From positions 28,534 through 92,533 of IMG/VR virus record IMGVR_UViG_3300020048_000072: a stretch of DNA of 64,000 nucleotides. The stretch is one strand, 5' to 3'. The notes beneath the pieces are model-generated. The model was not told the DNA's origin. It was given only the letters and a program-made list of their open reading frames with translations, and did not search any database. Positions within the stretch are counted from its first letter, which is position 1; each line of letters starts with the position of its first letter. The position numbers and the translations under genes are program-made. This document shows positions 10,706 through 18,793 of the stretch, one piece after another. This stretch comes from a virus.

Positions 10706-11643
10706 TGAAAGTATTGGTTAGTGGTTCTAAATCTATGGTGGGTAGAGCCACAATAGAAAAGCTAAAAGAGAAAAATTATGATGTTGTTGGGGCGTCTAGA
10801 GAAGATTGTGATTTTTTACAACTAGATCAAGTCAGGGGTTTATTTACTGCTCATAAGCCAGACGTATGTATATCTTTAGTAGGTACTAATGGAGGAATTT
10901 CATATAACAGAAATTATCCTTTTGATATTTATGCTCAAACAACTCTAACTGGTATTAATAGTATTTTAGCTTGTGTTGAAAACAATGTTAAAAAGATTCT
11001 ATATATTGTTCCTTCTTGCGCTTTAAATCCATCAGAAGACGTTTCTAATGAACAAGACTTATATTATGGTCGTCCGCATCAGTCTGTTGAATGTCATGGA
11101 TTAGCAAAAAGATCAGTAGTTGATTGTATTAATTTTGCTGTCCTTCAATACGGAAATACTGGTTTATGGGCGAATATTATTATTGGCCAAAATTCTTTCG
11201 GACCATTCGATAGATTTGATGATGAAAGAGGTAAGGTAGTTTCTGGATTAATTCGTAGAATTGTACAAGCTAAAATAAATAAAGAAGATAGTGTAGTTAT
11301 ATGGGGAACGGGTAAACCATTAAGAGAGTTTCTTTATTGTAAAGATTTTGCCGCTGGTATTATATCTACTCTAGAATCAGAGAATGTAAAAAGAGATATT
11401 ATCGTTACATCTGGTTATGAGATTTCAATTAAAGAATTAGCAGAGAAAATTAAGTTATTATCTGGATATGATGGAGAATTAGTATTTGATACTAGTAAAC
11501 AAGATGGTCAAATGAGGAAAAGACTGTCTATGGAAATAATGAAGAATTGTTTAGATTTTCCTATTACAGATTTTGATTTGGCTTTAAAAGAAACAATTGA
11601 TTGGTATATATCTACTTTGGGGAATGAATGTATAAAAGTATAG
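10705..11643 (+). CDS. GDP-L-fucose synthase-like SDR with altered catalytic residues
   Basis: GGISYN, SC, WGTGKPLREFLY, FDTSKQDGQMRK; YxxxK appears as HGLAK. Confidence 0.8.
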   Translation: MKVLVSGSKSMVGRATIEKLKEKNYDVVGASREDCDFLQLDQVRGLFTAHKPDVCISLVGTNGGISYNRNYPFDIYAQTTLTGINSILACVENNVKKILYIVPSCALNPSEDVSNEQDLYYGRPHQSVECHGLAKRSVVDCINFAVLQYGNTGLWANIIIGQNSFGPFDRFDDERGKVVSGLIRRIVQAKINKEDSVVIWGTGKPLREFLYCKDFAAGIISTLESENVKRDIIVTSGYEISIKELAEKIKLLSGYDGELVFDTSKQDGQMRKRLSMEIMKNCLDFPITDFDLALKETIDWYISTLGNECIKV

Positions 11644-12077
11644 GAATAATCTTAGACAATATTTATGCTAATCAACTTGCATATGAGTCTATAACATCAT
11701 TAAATAAATTAGCAGAAAAAACAAATACTAATATTGCGGCATTTGTAAAGAATATTTCACCTTCTTATATTCCTGCTAAATTTGGTATTTTTGGATTACA
11801 TTCTATCCACAATATATCTCGCGGAACAATAGTAGCTACGGATTTAGATTCGGCAGAAGTACTAATCAATTCTCAGACAACAGCAAATAAGATTTTCTAT
11901 GTTTGGGATTTAGAGTGGTTGCATAATCCACAAAAGAAAAACTTTTTACAAAACACAAATATATATAGGAACATAGAAATAGTAACACGAAGCAAATCTT
12001 ATTCTGATGCAATTAACAATTATTGCAATATTAGACCAAAGATTTTATCTATTGAGGAAGTATTAAATGTCATTTAA
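11628..12077 (+). CDS. Hypothetical protein (possible GT-B N-terminal half-domain)
   Basis: IVATDLDSA...KIFYVWDLEW; overlaps its neighbours in the operon. Confidence 0.55.
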   Translation: MYKSIGIILDNIYANQLAYESITSLNKLAEKTNTNIAAFVKNISPSYIPAKFGIFGLHSIHNISRGTIVATDLDSAEVLINSQTTANKIFYVWDLEWLHNPQKKNFLQNTNIYRNIEIVTRSKSYSDAINNYCNIRPKILSIEEVLNVI

Positions 12078-12837
12078 CGCAGAACAACAAAAGAGTATCA
12101 TCGTTTCTTATACTGAAGATAAAGATAGTTTAGAAATGATCGCAAAGAGATATAACACGTATGTTAACAAGATTAGGAGATTCTTAATTAAGAGTAATGT
12201 TCCTATTCGTAGCTTTGCAGAAAGTCAAAAAATAGCATTGGATGTTGGAAGAAATGAGCATCCGACCAAAGGTAGAAAAAGAACAAATGAAGAGAAGAAG
12301 AAAATATCTTCATCTGTATCTAAAGCCTGGGATGAATTTTCTGATGAAAAAAGGGAATCTATTAGGGAGGGTGCTGCTGTTAGGTGGCATCAAAGAACCG
12401 ACGAAGAAAAAGAGGAAATGTCTCTTGCTGCCAAAAAAGGTATGCAAAAGGCTGCCATGATTGGTTCAAAAATGGAACATTTTATTCAAACAGATCTTGA
12501 ATCCAGATCGATTCCGGTTATATTCCACAAGAGAGATTTGGTCAAAAACACGAATCTTGAAGTAGATATTTTTGTTCCGTCGTATAATACGGCTGTAGAA
12601 ATTGATGGTCCTACACACTTTCTTCCCATTTTTGGTGAAGACAGACTTGTTAAGACAATGGAATCTGACAGAGAAAAAATTGGACTTTTAATTAGTGCTG
12701 GATATAATATTCTAAGGCTAAAGTGTTTAAGCAAGAGCGTTAGTATGGCTAAGTCTAAAAAGATTACAGATTCTATCGTTGAATTTTTGGAAAGTATCGG
12801 TTCCGCTAGTGGTCAATATAAAGAAATTGAGGTTTAA
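12067..12837 (+). CDS. Putative homing endonuclease (HTH + NUMOD3-like + Vsr/DUF559-type nuclease)
   Basis: KGRKRTNEEKKKISSS (NUMOD3-like); EVDIFVP...AVEIDGPTHF...GYNILRL. Confidence 0.72.
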   Translation: MSFNAEQQKSIIVSYTEDKDSLEMIAKRYNTYVNKIRRFLIKSNVPIRSFAESQKIALDVGRNEHPTKGRKRTNEEKKKISSSVSKAWDEFSDEKRESIREGAAVRWHQRTDEEKEEMSLAAKKGMQKAAMIGSKMEHFIQTDLESRSIPVIFHKRDLVKNTNLEVDIFVPSYNTAVEIDGPTHFLPIFGEDRLVKTMESDREKIGLLISAGYNILRLKCLSKSVSMAKSKKITDSIVEFLESIGSASGQYKEIEV

Positions 12838-12838
12838 T

Positions 12839-13681
12839 ATGGAATTAGAGAAGTTATCGGTTGCAGAGATTAAAGAGAGATTATCTTCAGAATATGGTTA
12901 TTCACAAGAAGAGATTACGAGTATTGGTGGTAAGGTTGCTCTTAGAGAAGCTCTTGATTTAGAAATTAAGAAGCATCTTGCATTCGGTGATGAGGAAGCT
13001 GTTTCTGGTTATGCTGATGAATTAGAAGAGGTAGAAATGGATAGGTCATCGCCAGGATGGTCTGATTATGTTATTTCTCTATTTAGAGAAGATGAAATGA
13101 TGGTTAAAAATGATAATAAATATCCAACATTAAAGGGTCTTCGTAGAGTATTTTATAATATCTTTGGTCCACCATCTTTTAGTGGAGTTATAGATTATTC
13201 CTCTCCTAATACAGAATCAAGTCCAGGTCGTGCTCATGCTAATTATGAATTGGTGTTTTATGACTGTGGACGAGAAATGCGATATAGGGGGGCTGCCGAT
13301 GCGTATCCCGGCAATATTGCAGGAGGTTATCAAGTATACCCATTAGCAATTGCAGAGAACAGAGCGGAAGCTAGGGCCTATAGAAAGGCATTGATGTTAA
13401 ACATCGTAACTGCTGAAGAAATGGGGAATGAAGAATCGCACTTTGTTTCTGTTTTGAGTAGTACAGGAGAATTTAATGAAGCTGAACCAATGAATGATAA
13501 TCAAATGTTGGTTGTTAAAAACAAATCTAAAGAATTGAATATTGATCCTGACAAGTTTTTAGATTTTATGAAGAAAGAACTTGGTGTGCTTACACTAAGT
13601 AAAAAAGAGGGATTGGAGTGTGTTAAGAGAATTAGTATGTATAGTAATAACCCTAGTATTATTCCAGGAGAATTGAAATGA
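12839..13681 (+). CDS. Hypothetical protein, possible single-strand annealing protein
   Basis: ATG at 12839 after GAGG; LAIAENRAEARAYRKAL...VTAEEM resembles Rad52/RecT-type motifs. Confidence 0.45.
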   Translation: MELEKLSVAEIKERLSSEYGYSQEEITSIGGKVALREALDLEIKKHLAFGDEEAVSGYADELEEVEMDRSSPGWSDYVISLFREDEMMVKNDNKYPTLKGLRRVFYNIFGPPSFSGVIDYSSPNTESSPGRAHANYELVFYDCGREMRYRGAADAYPGNIAGGYQVYPLAIAENRAEARAYRKALMLNIVTAEEMGNEESHFVSVLSSTGEFNEAEPMNDNQMLVVKNKSKELNIDPDKFLDFMKKELGVLTLSKKEGLECVKRISMYSNNPSIIPGELK

Positions 13682-14064
13682 AGTTGACTTATACAACATC
13701 AGACGGTCGTTTAACAGTTGAGCTTGAAGGTAATTCAGACAAAGAATTATTTAGGAAGTTAGCTCACTTCCAAGAAGTTTTTGAAGATGTTGCTTCATCA
13801 AATGTTGGTGGTAAATTAGTAGAAGGTGGAGATATTACATATCGTGTACGAAGATCCAAATATACTGATGATAAAGGAAAAGAAAAGGAGGCTGAGTATT
13901 TTGAAAAGGTAGTTACTAGCGGTCCTTTAGCCTGGTATAAAAAGAGCTTTGGTGTATTGGATGATGGTAGCGACAATCTCTTTCCCAAGCGTCCAGATAA
14001 AGAAGATAAGAATCTAGAGATTGGTAACAATGGTTGGGCTAAATATAAGGTTGTTCCTAAGTAA
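13678..14064 (+). CDS. Hypothetical protein
   Basis: ATGA overlap, GGAG ribosome-binding site, phage-like composition. Confidence 0.75.
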   Translation: MKLTYTTSDGRLTVELEGNSDKELFRKLAHFQEVFEDVASSNVGGKLVEGGDITYRVRRSKYTDDKGKEKEAEYFEKVVTSGPLAWYKKSFGVLDDGSDNLFPKRPDKEDKNLEIGNNGWAKYKVVPK

Positions 14065-14159
14065 TTTTTGTTACTGAGGATGCTGTGTGGACAGATAATT
14101 GTAGATTCGACTTCTACCATCTTCATTTTGTTTTTTACCACCTATTATTTGGGATCAAT

Positions 14160-14354
14160 ATGGATAAGATAGAAATTTTAGAAATTATATATGATATTCT
14201 TCGTACAGTTGATGTACGAGATATCGGGTCAGAATATGGGGTATTTGAAACAATGGATCATAGAGATCTTTTACATTCTATTGCCGCAAAAATACAACAA
14301 CTTACAAGAGAACAAAATTGGATTGATGATAATCAACCGGATATGGAACAATGA
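14160..14354 (+). CDS. Small hypothetical protein (MDKIEIL...)
   Basis: ATG at 14160; stop overlaps the next start (ATGA). Confidence 0.55.
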   Translation: MDKIEILEIIYDILRTVDVRDIGSEYGVFETMDHRDLLHSIAAKIQQLTREQNWIDDNQPDMEQ

Positions 14355-14812
14355 AAATATACGGATTAAATGGATTCCTATATCCACTCCCTCTTCCTAA
14401 AACAAGAGTTGAGCCTGTATGGGAATTTAATTGGAACGATCAAAGAGCAGAAAAGTTTGCAAAGACAATAAAAGAGGATTGTATTTTAATTGGCTTTAGT
14501 GATGGGGCAACGGCAGCATTGACTGTTGCTCAATGTTCAAAATTTGTAAAAGCAGTTTATTGTCATTCTTGTATGTATTCGTCTTATAAATTAATAAGAT
14601 ATTTTGATGTTAATTTCTTTAGTACAATTGGAGATAAAACACCAACATATGAAGGAACAGAAAAAACATTTCACAAATATATATTAGGTGGTTATAATTG
14701 CAATATATTAGATTTGCAACCAGAACCAATTAAATCATTTAATCCTGTTCATATGATTATGAATAAGAAGAATCACCACTTTACAAACTGCATTAAATAT
14801 TTGCCAATATAA
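14351..14812 (+). CDS. Small alpha/beta hydrolase (esterase-like)
   Basis: LIGFSDGA nucleophile elbow (GxSxG), GDKT and C-terminal HHF. Confidence 0.7.
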   Translation: MKIYGLNGFLYPLPLPKTRVEPVWEFNWNDQRAEKFAKTIKEDCILIGFSDGATAALTVAQCSKFVKAVYCHSCMYSSYKLIRYFDVNFFSTIGDKTPTYEGTEKTFHKYILGGYNCNILDLQPEPIKSFNPVHMIMNKKNHHFTNCIKYLPI

Positions 14813-14814
14813 TT

Positions 14815-15075
14815 ATGGAAATACAAGATATATCAAGAATAGAAAATGGCGTTCAAATAATAATATGTTTAGTTGAAGGTCGTCACGAATATGGACCAAT
14901 CAAAAATAAAGAGTGGCCTAGATTCGATGCTCTTACAAAACAACTTAAAAGAATAGTTACAGATATTGATGATCTTACATTAGTTCATGTAGACTCCCAA
15001 GAGAGTCGTTTAAATGAAAGATGGCAACCACAAACAGTGTATCAATTGAGCCTAAGAAAAGTTAAAAATATCTAG
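14815..15075 (+). CDS. Hypothetical protein
   Basis: Last + strand ORF before the strands converge. Confidence 0.6.
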   Translation: MEIQDISRIENGVQIIICLVEGRHEYGPIKNKEWPRFDALTKQLKRIVTDIDDLTLVHVDSQESRLNERWQPQTVYQLSLRKVKNI

Positions 15076-15217
15076 AGCCACCACCATACTTTTCTCTTCC
15101 ATGTAAATAGTTATGGAGTCTTTTTCTATCTTTTTTAGAAAGAGAATCTATTATTTCTTGCGGTACTCTATGTTCTCTTAAATGTCCTTCTATTGTATTA
15201 GGATGACCCCATGGCAT
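15062..15217 (-). CDS. His-rich 51-aa ORF, not in the ORF track; either a separate gene or a -1 frameshift extension of the upstream lipoprotein
   Basis: MPWGHPNTIEGHLREHRVPQEIIDSLSKKDRKRLHNYLHGREKYGGGSRYF*; the frame stays open upstream to an A9G run at 15268-15277. Confidence 0.55.
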   Translation of the reverse strand: MPWGHPNTIEGHLREHRVPQEIIDSLSKKDRKRLHNYLHGREKYGGGSRYF

Positions 15218-15246
15218 ATTAGCCCAGTCACTATTCAATATGCTGT

Positions 15247-15831
15247 CTAATCCATATTCGGGGCTGTCTTTTTTTTTACATCATTGAAGTATTTGTTGAA
15301 CTGAGAGACGCTCATAAATCCACTATGTATAACTTCTACTCCGGAGATATACATCTTAAAATTAGGAATTGGATTTTGAGAATCTATTAGGTATGTTATT
15401 TTCCATCCTTTGGATTTTAATTTTGGCTCAACCTCTAACTTCCACTTTTCGCACCAATAACAGCCAGAATTTGTATACATAATTATTTCATTTCTTACTG
15501 ATTGTCCTAATTCTTTCTTTTCTTCTTTTTGTGGTGCTGAATCTTCTGCAACAATAGCAGATAAATCTTTCTCATCAATGCGACCATCCCCATCACATTT
15601 TTCGCATTTAAATGTTACAATAGTATCTCCAACAACACCAGTACCACCGCAATCGGGGCACTGATCGCCAATCTGAGGGCCTTTTGGCACAACAAGGCTA
15701 GATGATAGGGTATTGTATTTGGCGACGAGAGACGACGATCTAGCTATGTCTAATGGCATCGCAGCCCACTGGTCTGCTGGCTGACCTGAACAACCAGCCA
15801 TAAGCAGACAAAAAATTAACAGATATCTCAT
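15247..15831 (-). CDS. Lipoprotein with DnaJ-type Zn-finger pair and thioredoxin/glutaredoxin domain
   Basis: MRYLLIFCLLMAGC lipobox; CPDCGGTG and CEKCDGDG; MYTNSGCYWC...IPNF. Confidence 0.72.
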   Translation of the reverse strand: MRYLLIFCLLMAGCSGQPADQWAAMPLDIARSSSLVAKYNTLSSSLVVPKGPQIGDQCPDCGGTGVVGDTIVTFKCEKCDGDGRIDEKDLSAIVAEDSAPQKEEKKELGQSVRNEIIMYTNSGCYWCEKWKLEVEPKLKSKGWKITYLIDSQNPIPNFKMYISGVEVIHSGFMSVSQFNKYFNDVKKKTAPNMD

Positions 15832-15863
15832 TTTTGATTCCTTTCTAATTATATGTTTCATTT

Positions 15864-16994
15864 TTATCCCCAAAGATTAAGATTCCATGTGGGTATTCTT
15901 TGCATTTCCCACCCAGCTAATCCCGCGTATACATAACAGTCTCTTGATTTAATATCGCTCCAGCGAGCAAAGAACGAACCTTTTGGAATCATAATATTTC
16001 CTGTTTGCGGATTTACTATATCTAAGGATATCCATAATGCTTTCTTATCTGCCGGAACAAATTTCGCACTATCAAAAATATCCCGAGGTCCACCATTCCA
16101 ACCTGGTCCCCAACTATTAAGAACAAGAACTAATGGGCTACCATACATTTTAATAATTTCTGGTCTATCGTCCGCACCACAATATTGCATAGCATGTGCC
16201 CATCTTCCGCTTCTATTAGAGAATCCATTCTTATCTCTGGTTTTTGAAAATCCCTCTCCACCACAAGAAGAAATAAATCTTCCCTGTCCTAAATTATCTC
16301 TAATAGCTTCAAAACTAGACGCTTGTGCTGCTGTACGAATTAGATTATTTCTTAGTTCTTTTGCAATATTTTCTGGTGGTGCCGATCTTCCATATTTACC
16401 CGCTAACGAACCAGAATATTTAGTTAGATCTATTCCTATTTCTGGATAATTTTTTCTAACAACAGCACCAGCTTTTTTAATTGCAACGTTTGCTGCCGCT
16501 CCACAATACCAACCATCCCCACCACTACCTCTAAACCAATAAGATACTTCAGTAGATAATCCACCACTTAATATTCCTGCTTGTGGAATCTCTGGAATAG
16601 TTTCTAACTTACCAGTTATCTCATCTACTTGTCCAGCAACAACTTCTCCAACCATTGTTCCTAGTATGGCGTTTTTGTTTGAGTGTGACACGCAGTCTCC
16701 TCTCTGCTGGGCACTACCAGGCCAAACATTAGGAAGTAATTCCATAACATGAACAAAAGGAATAACTAATTGGCCAGCAAAAGATCCATACCAACCATAA
16801 TGTTGAGCAGCGTCGTCCGCATTAGAATAACCACCAGTCTCAACAGCTATTTGCTTGAATCTATCTCTTTCATCTGGATCAAGATAAATACCAGAAAATC
16901 CTTCTTCATATTTCTTAATAACGTCTTGTATAGTATTTAGGTTAGCAGAAACTTCCTGTGCCCAAACCTTAGTTCCCTTTGCATAAATCTTCAT
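15864..16994 (-). CDS. Papain-like (C1/clan CA) cysteine peptidase
   Basis: QQRGDCVSH (oxyanion Gln and catalytic Cys), WAHAM (His), VLNSWG (Asn). Confidence 0.82.
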   Translation of the reverse strand: MKIYAKGTKVWAQEVSANLNTIQDVIKKYEEGFSGIYLDPDERDRFKQIAVETGGYSNADDAAQHYGWYGSFAGQLVIPFVHVMELLPNVWPGSAQQRGDCVSHSNKNAILGTMVGEVVAGQVDEITGKLETIPEIPQAGILSGGLSTEVSYWFRGSGGDGWYCGAAANVAIKKAGAVVRKNYPEIGIDLTKYSGSLAGKYGRSAPPENIAKELRNNLIRTAAQASSFEAIRDNLGQGRFISSCGGEGFSKTRDKNGFSNRSGRWAHAMQYCGADDRPEIIKMYGSPLVLVLNSWGPGWNGGPRDIFDSAKFVPADKKALWISLDIVNPQTGNIMIPKGSFFARWSDIKSRDCYVYAGLAGWEMQRIPTWNLNLWG

Positions 16995-17003
16995 TTTATT
17001 TCC

Positions 17004-17489
17004 TTACTGAGTAAAGGCCCAACCTATAGCATAGGAAAGTTGACTAACTTCTTTTATCTTTTCTGGAGTCATAGGTGTTGGATATTCGCCAATAACATCG
17101 TGAAATAATTTATCTACTTCAACACCAAAACCAGGAAATAATCCGGTTAGTTCTGGATACTGAATTCCAAAAATAGAGAGAAGTTCTTTATTGTATTCCG
17201 GCAATTTATCAGAATTAATATTCACTTTGGCTTTTGACCAAACATCGCCATTACCCAACCATAAAGCAGCGGCATATTTCTTTTGTTCTTCTGTGGCCTT
17301 ACTGTTTTGTATAATAGTCACAAGATTAGACATCTTAGCTTTCATTGCTTCTGGTATTTCTCTTTCAACAGAAACAACTGCTGGTACATTCTTACCTCTT
17401 AAAAAACTAAGATCAATGGTCTTTATCTTGTCTTCAAATATAAAATAAGATGCCACAACAATAATAAGAATGGGCATTTTATTATTCAT
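17004..17489 (-). CDS. Membrane-anchored hypothetical protein
   Basis: N-terminal hydrophobic stretch MPILIIVVASYFIF. Confidence 0.65.
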   Translation of the reverse strand: MNNKMPILIIVVASYFIFEDKIKTIDLSFLRGKNVPAVVSVEREIPEAMKAKMSNLVTIIQNSKATEEQKKYAAALWLGNGDVWSKAKVNINSDKLPEYNKELLSIFGIQYPELTGLFPGFGVEVDKLFHDVIGEYPTPMTPEKIKEVSQLSYAIGWAFTQ

Positions 17490-17784
17490 TATCTTTCACC
17501 TCATCTACTACTACCATAGATTTTTCGCTTTTTTCTTGATAGTGAACAAGATCATCTATTACAACAGTAATGTTTTTATAAACACTATCGCTAGTCTCAA
17601 ATTTAGATCTAATATCCCATAATCTTTGTAATATTTCTAATTTAGATTCTCTATCTATTGAGCTTGTTTTTGATGTTGATGGAATAAGATTTTTAATTTT
17701 ACTTAAAGCAGGAAGCTTATCTTTAAACATCATATATAAAGCATAAAGTGCAGCAACAACTGCAATTATCATTTTTGGGTCCAT
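17482..17784 (-). CDS. Membrane-anchored hypothetical protein
   Basis: N-terminal transmembrane segment IIAVVAALYALYMMF. Confidence 0.65.
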   Translation of the reverse strand: MDPKMIIAVVAALYALYMMFKDKLPALSKIKNLIPSTSKTSSIDRESKLEILQRLWDIRSKFETSDSVYKNITVVIDDLVHYQEKSEKSMVVVDEVKDNE

Positions 17785-18143
17785 TATTTCATTCCTAATA
17801 TTCTTTTTGCGGCAGACTTAACTGAGTTTAAAATTGATTTCTTTACTAATTGTCTTACAACTATATCTGGTCCAGGAAGATCTATAAAAGGTAGAACTAC
17901 ATCTAATACTTTTTCTACCAACACAACAACCTTGTTTACAACAAGAGTATCCCAACCCTCTTCTAATGTTTCTTCTGTGGCTTTATCAATAATGTCGACT
18001 ATTTTTTCTGGATCATCGTCTTTACTTAATCTAGCCCTAAGTCTTTTAAATAGATTTAATTTGAAAAGAGCTTGTTCAGAAGAATTAACAGATGAAGATG
18101 AGTACGAATAATTTTCTACTTCTGACCACGAAATATCAAGCAT
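17784..18143 (-). CDS. Hypothetical protein
   Basis: Overlaps its neighbours; IDLPGPD motif. Confidence 0.65.
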   Translation of the reverse strand: MLDISWSEVENYSYSSSSVNSSEQALFKLNLFKRLRARLSKDDDPEKIVDIIDKATEETLEEGWDTLVVNKVVVLVEKVLDVVLPFIDLPGPDIVVRQLVKKSILNSVKSAAKRILGMK

Positions 18144-18486
18144 TATATTCCTCTACTAATTTTGGGTTTTCTACTATTGTATCATAAATTGCGTTAGATA
18201 GTTTAATAGCAGAAATATTTTCAACACCCCTTTCTTTCATTTGCTTTCTAACAATAAAGTATGTATTGATTCTTGCTATAGCTTTTCTATTCTTCCACCA
18301 ATTAATTACTATTGGGGCGACCTGAATAACAAAAGAAATAATAGCGAGAACTAATACAATATCAAAACCATAATCTTCAACAGTTTCTTTATTATAAATT
18401 TTTCCTATTTTTTCCTTATCAAGCCCGGTCATCTTTTCAATGACCAAAATATCTAATTCTTTCATGATCGTTTTCTTAAAATCCAA
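18136..18486 (-). CDS. Single-pass membrane hypothetical protein
   Basis: Central segment IVLVLAIISFVIQVAPIVINWW. Confidence 0.65.
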   Translation of the reverse strand: MDFKKTIMKELDILVIEKMTGLDKEKIGKIYNKETVEDYGFDIVLVLAIISFVIQVAPIVINWWKNRKAIARINTYFIVRKQMKERGVENISAIKLSNAIYDTIVENPKLVEEYNA

Positions 18487-18782
18487 TCAATCAAACCAAC
18501 TTTATCTTCTTCAATTGTTGGATCTTCTTTTGTATTAACCACCAGTTTTTCAACATTTTCTGGTTCTACAACACTAGTATCTTTAAAATATCTTCGTAGA
18601 AAGTCAATAACAAATGTCAAACCCAAAACAATAAAGGTAGTTGCTGGTCCTTCTATATCTCTAATTTCTGGAATAACTTGTCCTGCCAATGCATTTATTG
18701 CTCCAACACCAGCACCAATAATAACAATTACTCCCCATCTTTTAATATCAGTTTTATCTATACTGTTTGATTTACTTGGCAT
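18462..18782 (-). CDS. Holin-like two-transmembrane protein
   Basis: Two hydrophobic helices and a charged C terminus; first gene of the membrane module. Confidence 0.5.
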   Translation of the reverse strand: MPSKSNSIDKTDIKRWGVIVIIGAGVGAINALAGQVIPEIRDIEGPATTFIVLGLTFVIDFLRRYFKDTSVVEPENVEKLVVNTKEDPTIEEDKVGLIDWILRKRS

Positions 18783-18793
18783 TTTATTTTCCT

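Noticed and set aside
12779-12838. ORF-track starts at 12779, 14085, 9731 and 15873
   Set aside because: Downstream ATGs (12839, 14160, 9743, 15831) fit ribosome-binding sites, gene packing or the signal peptide better
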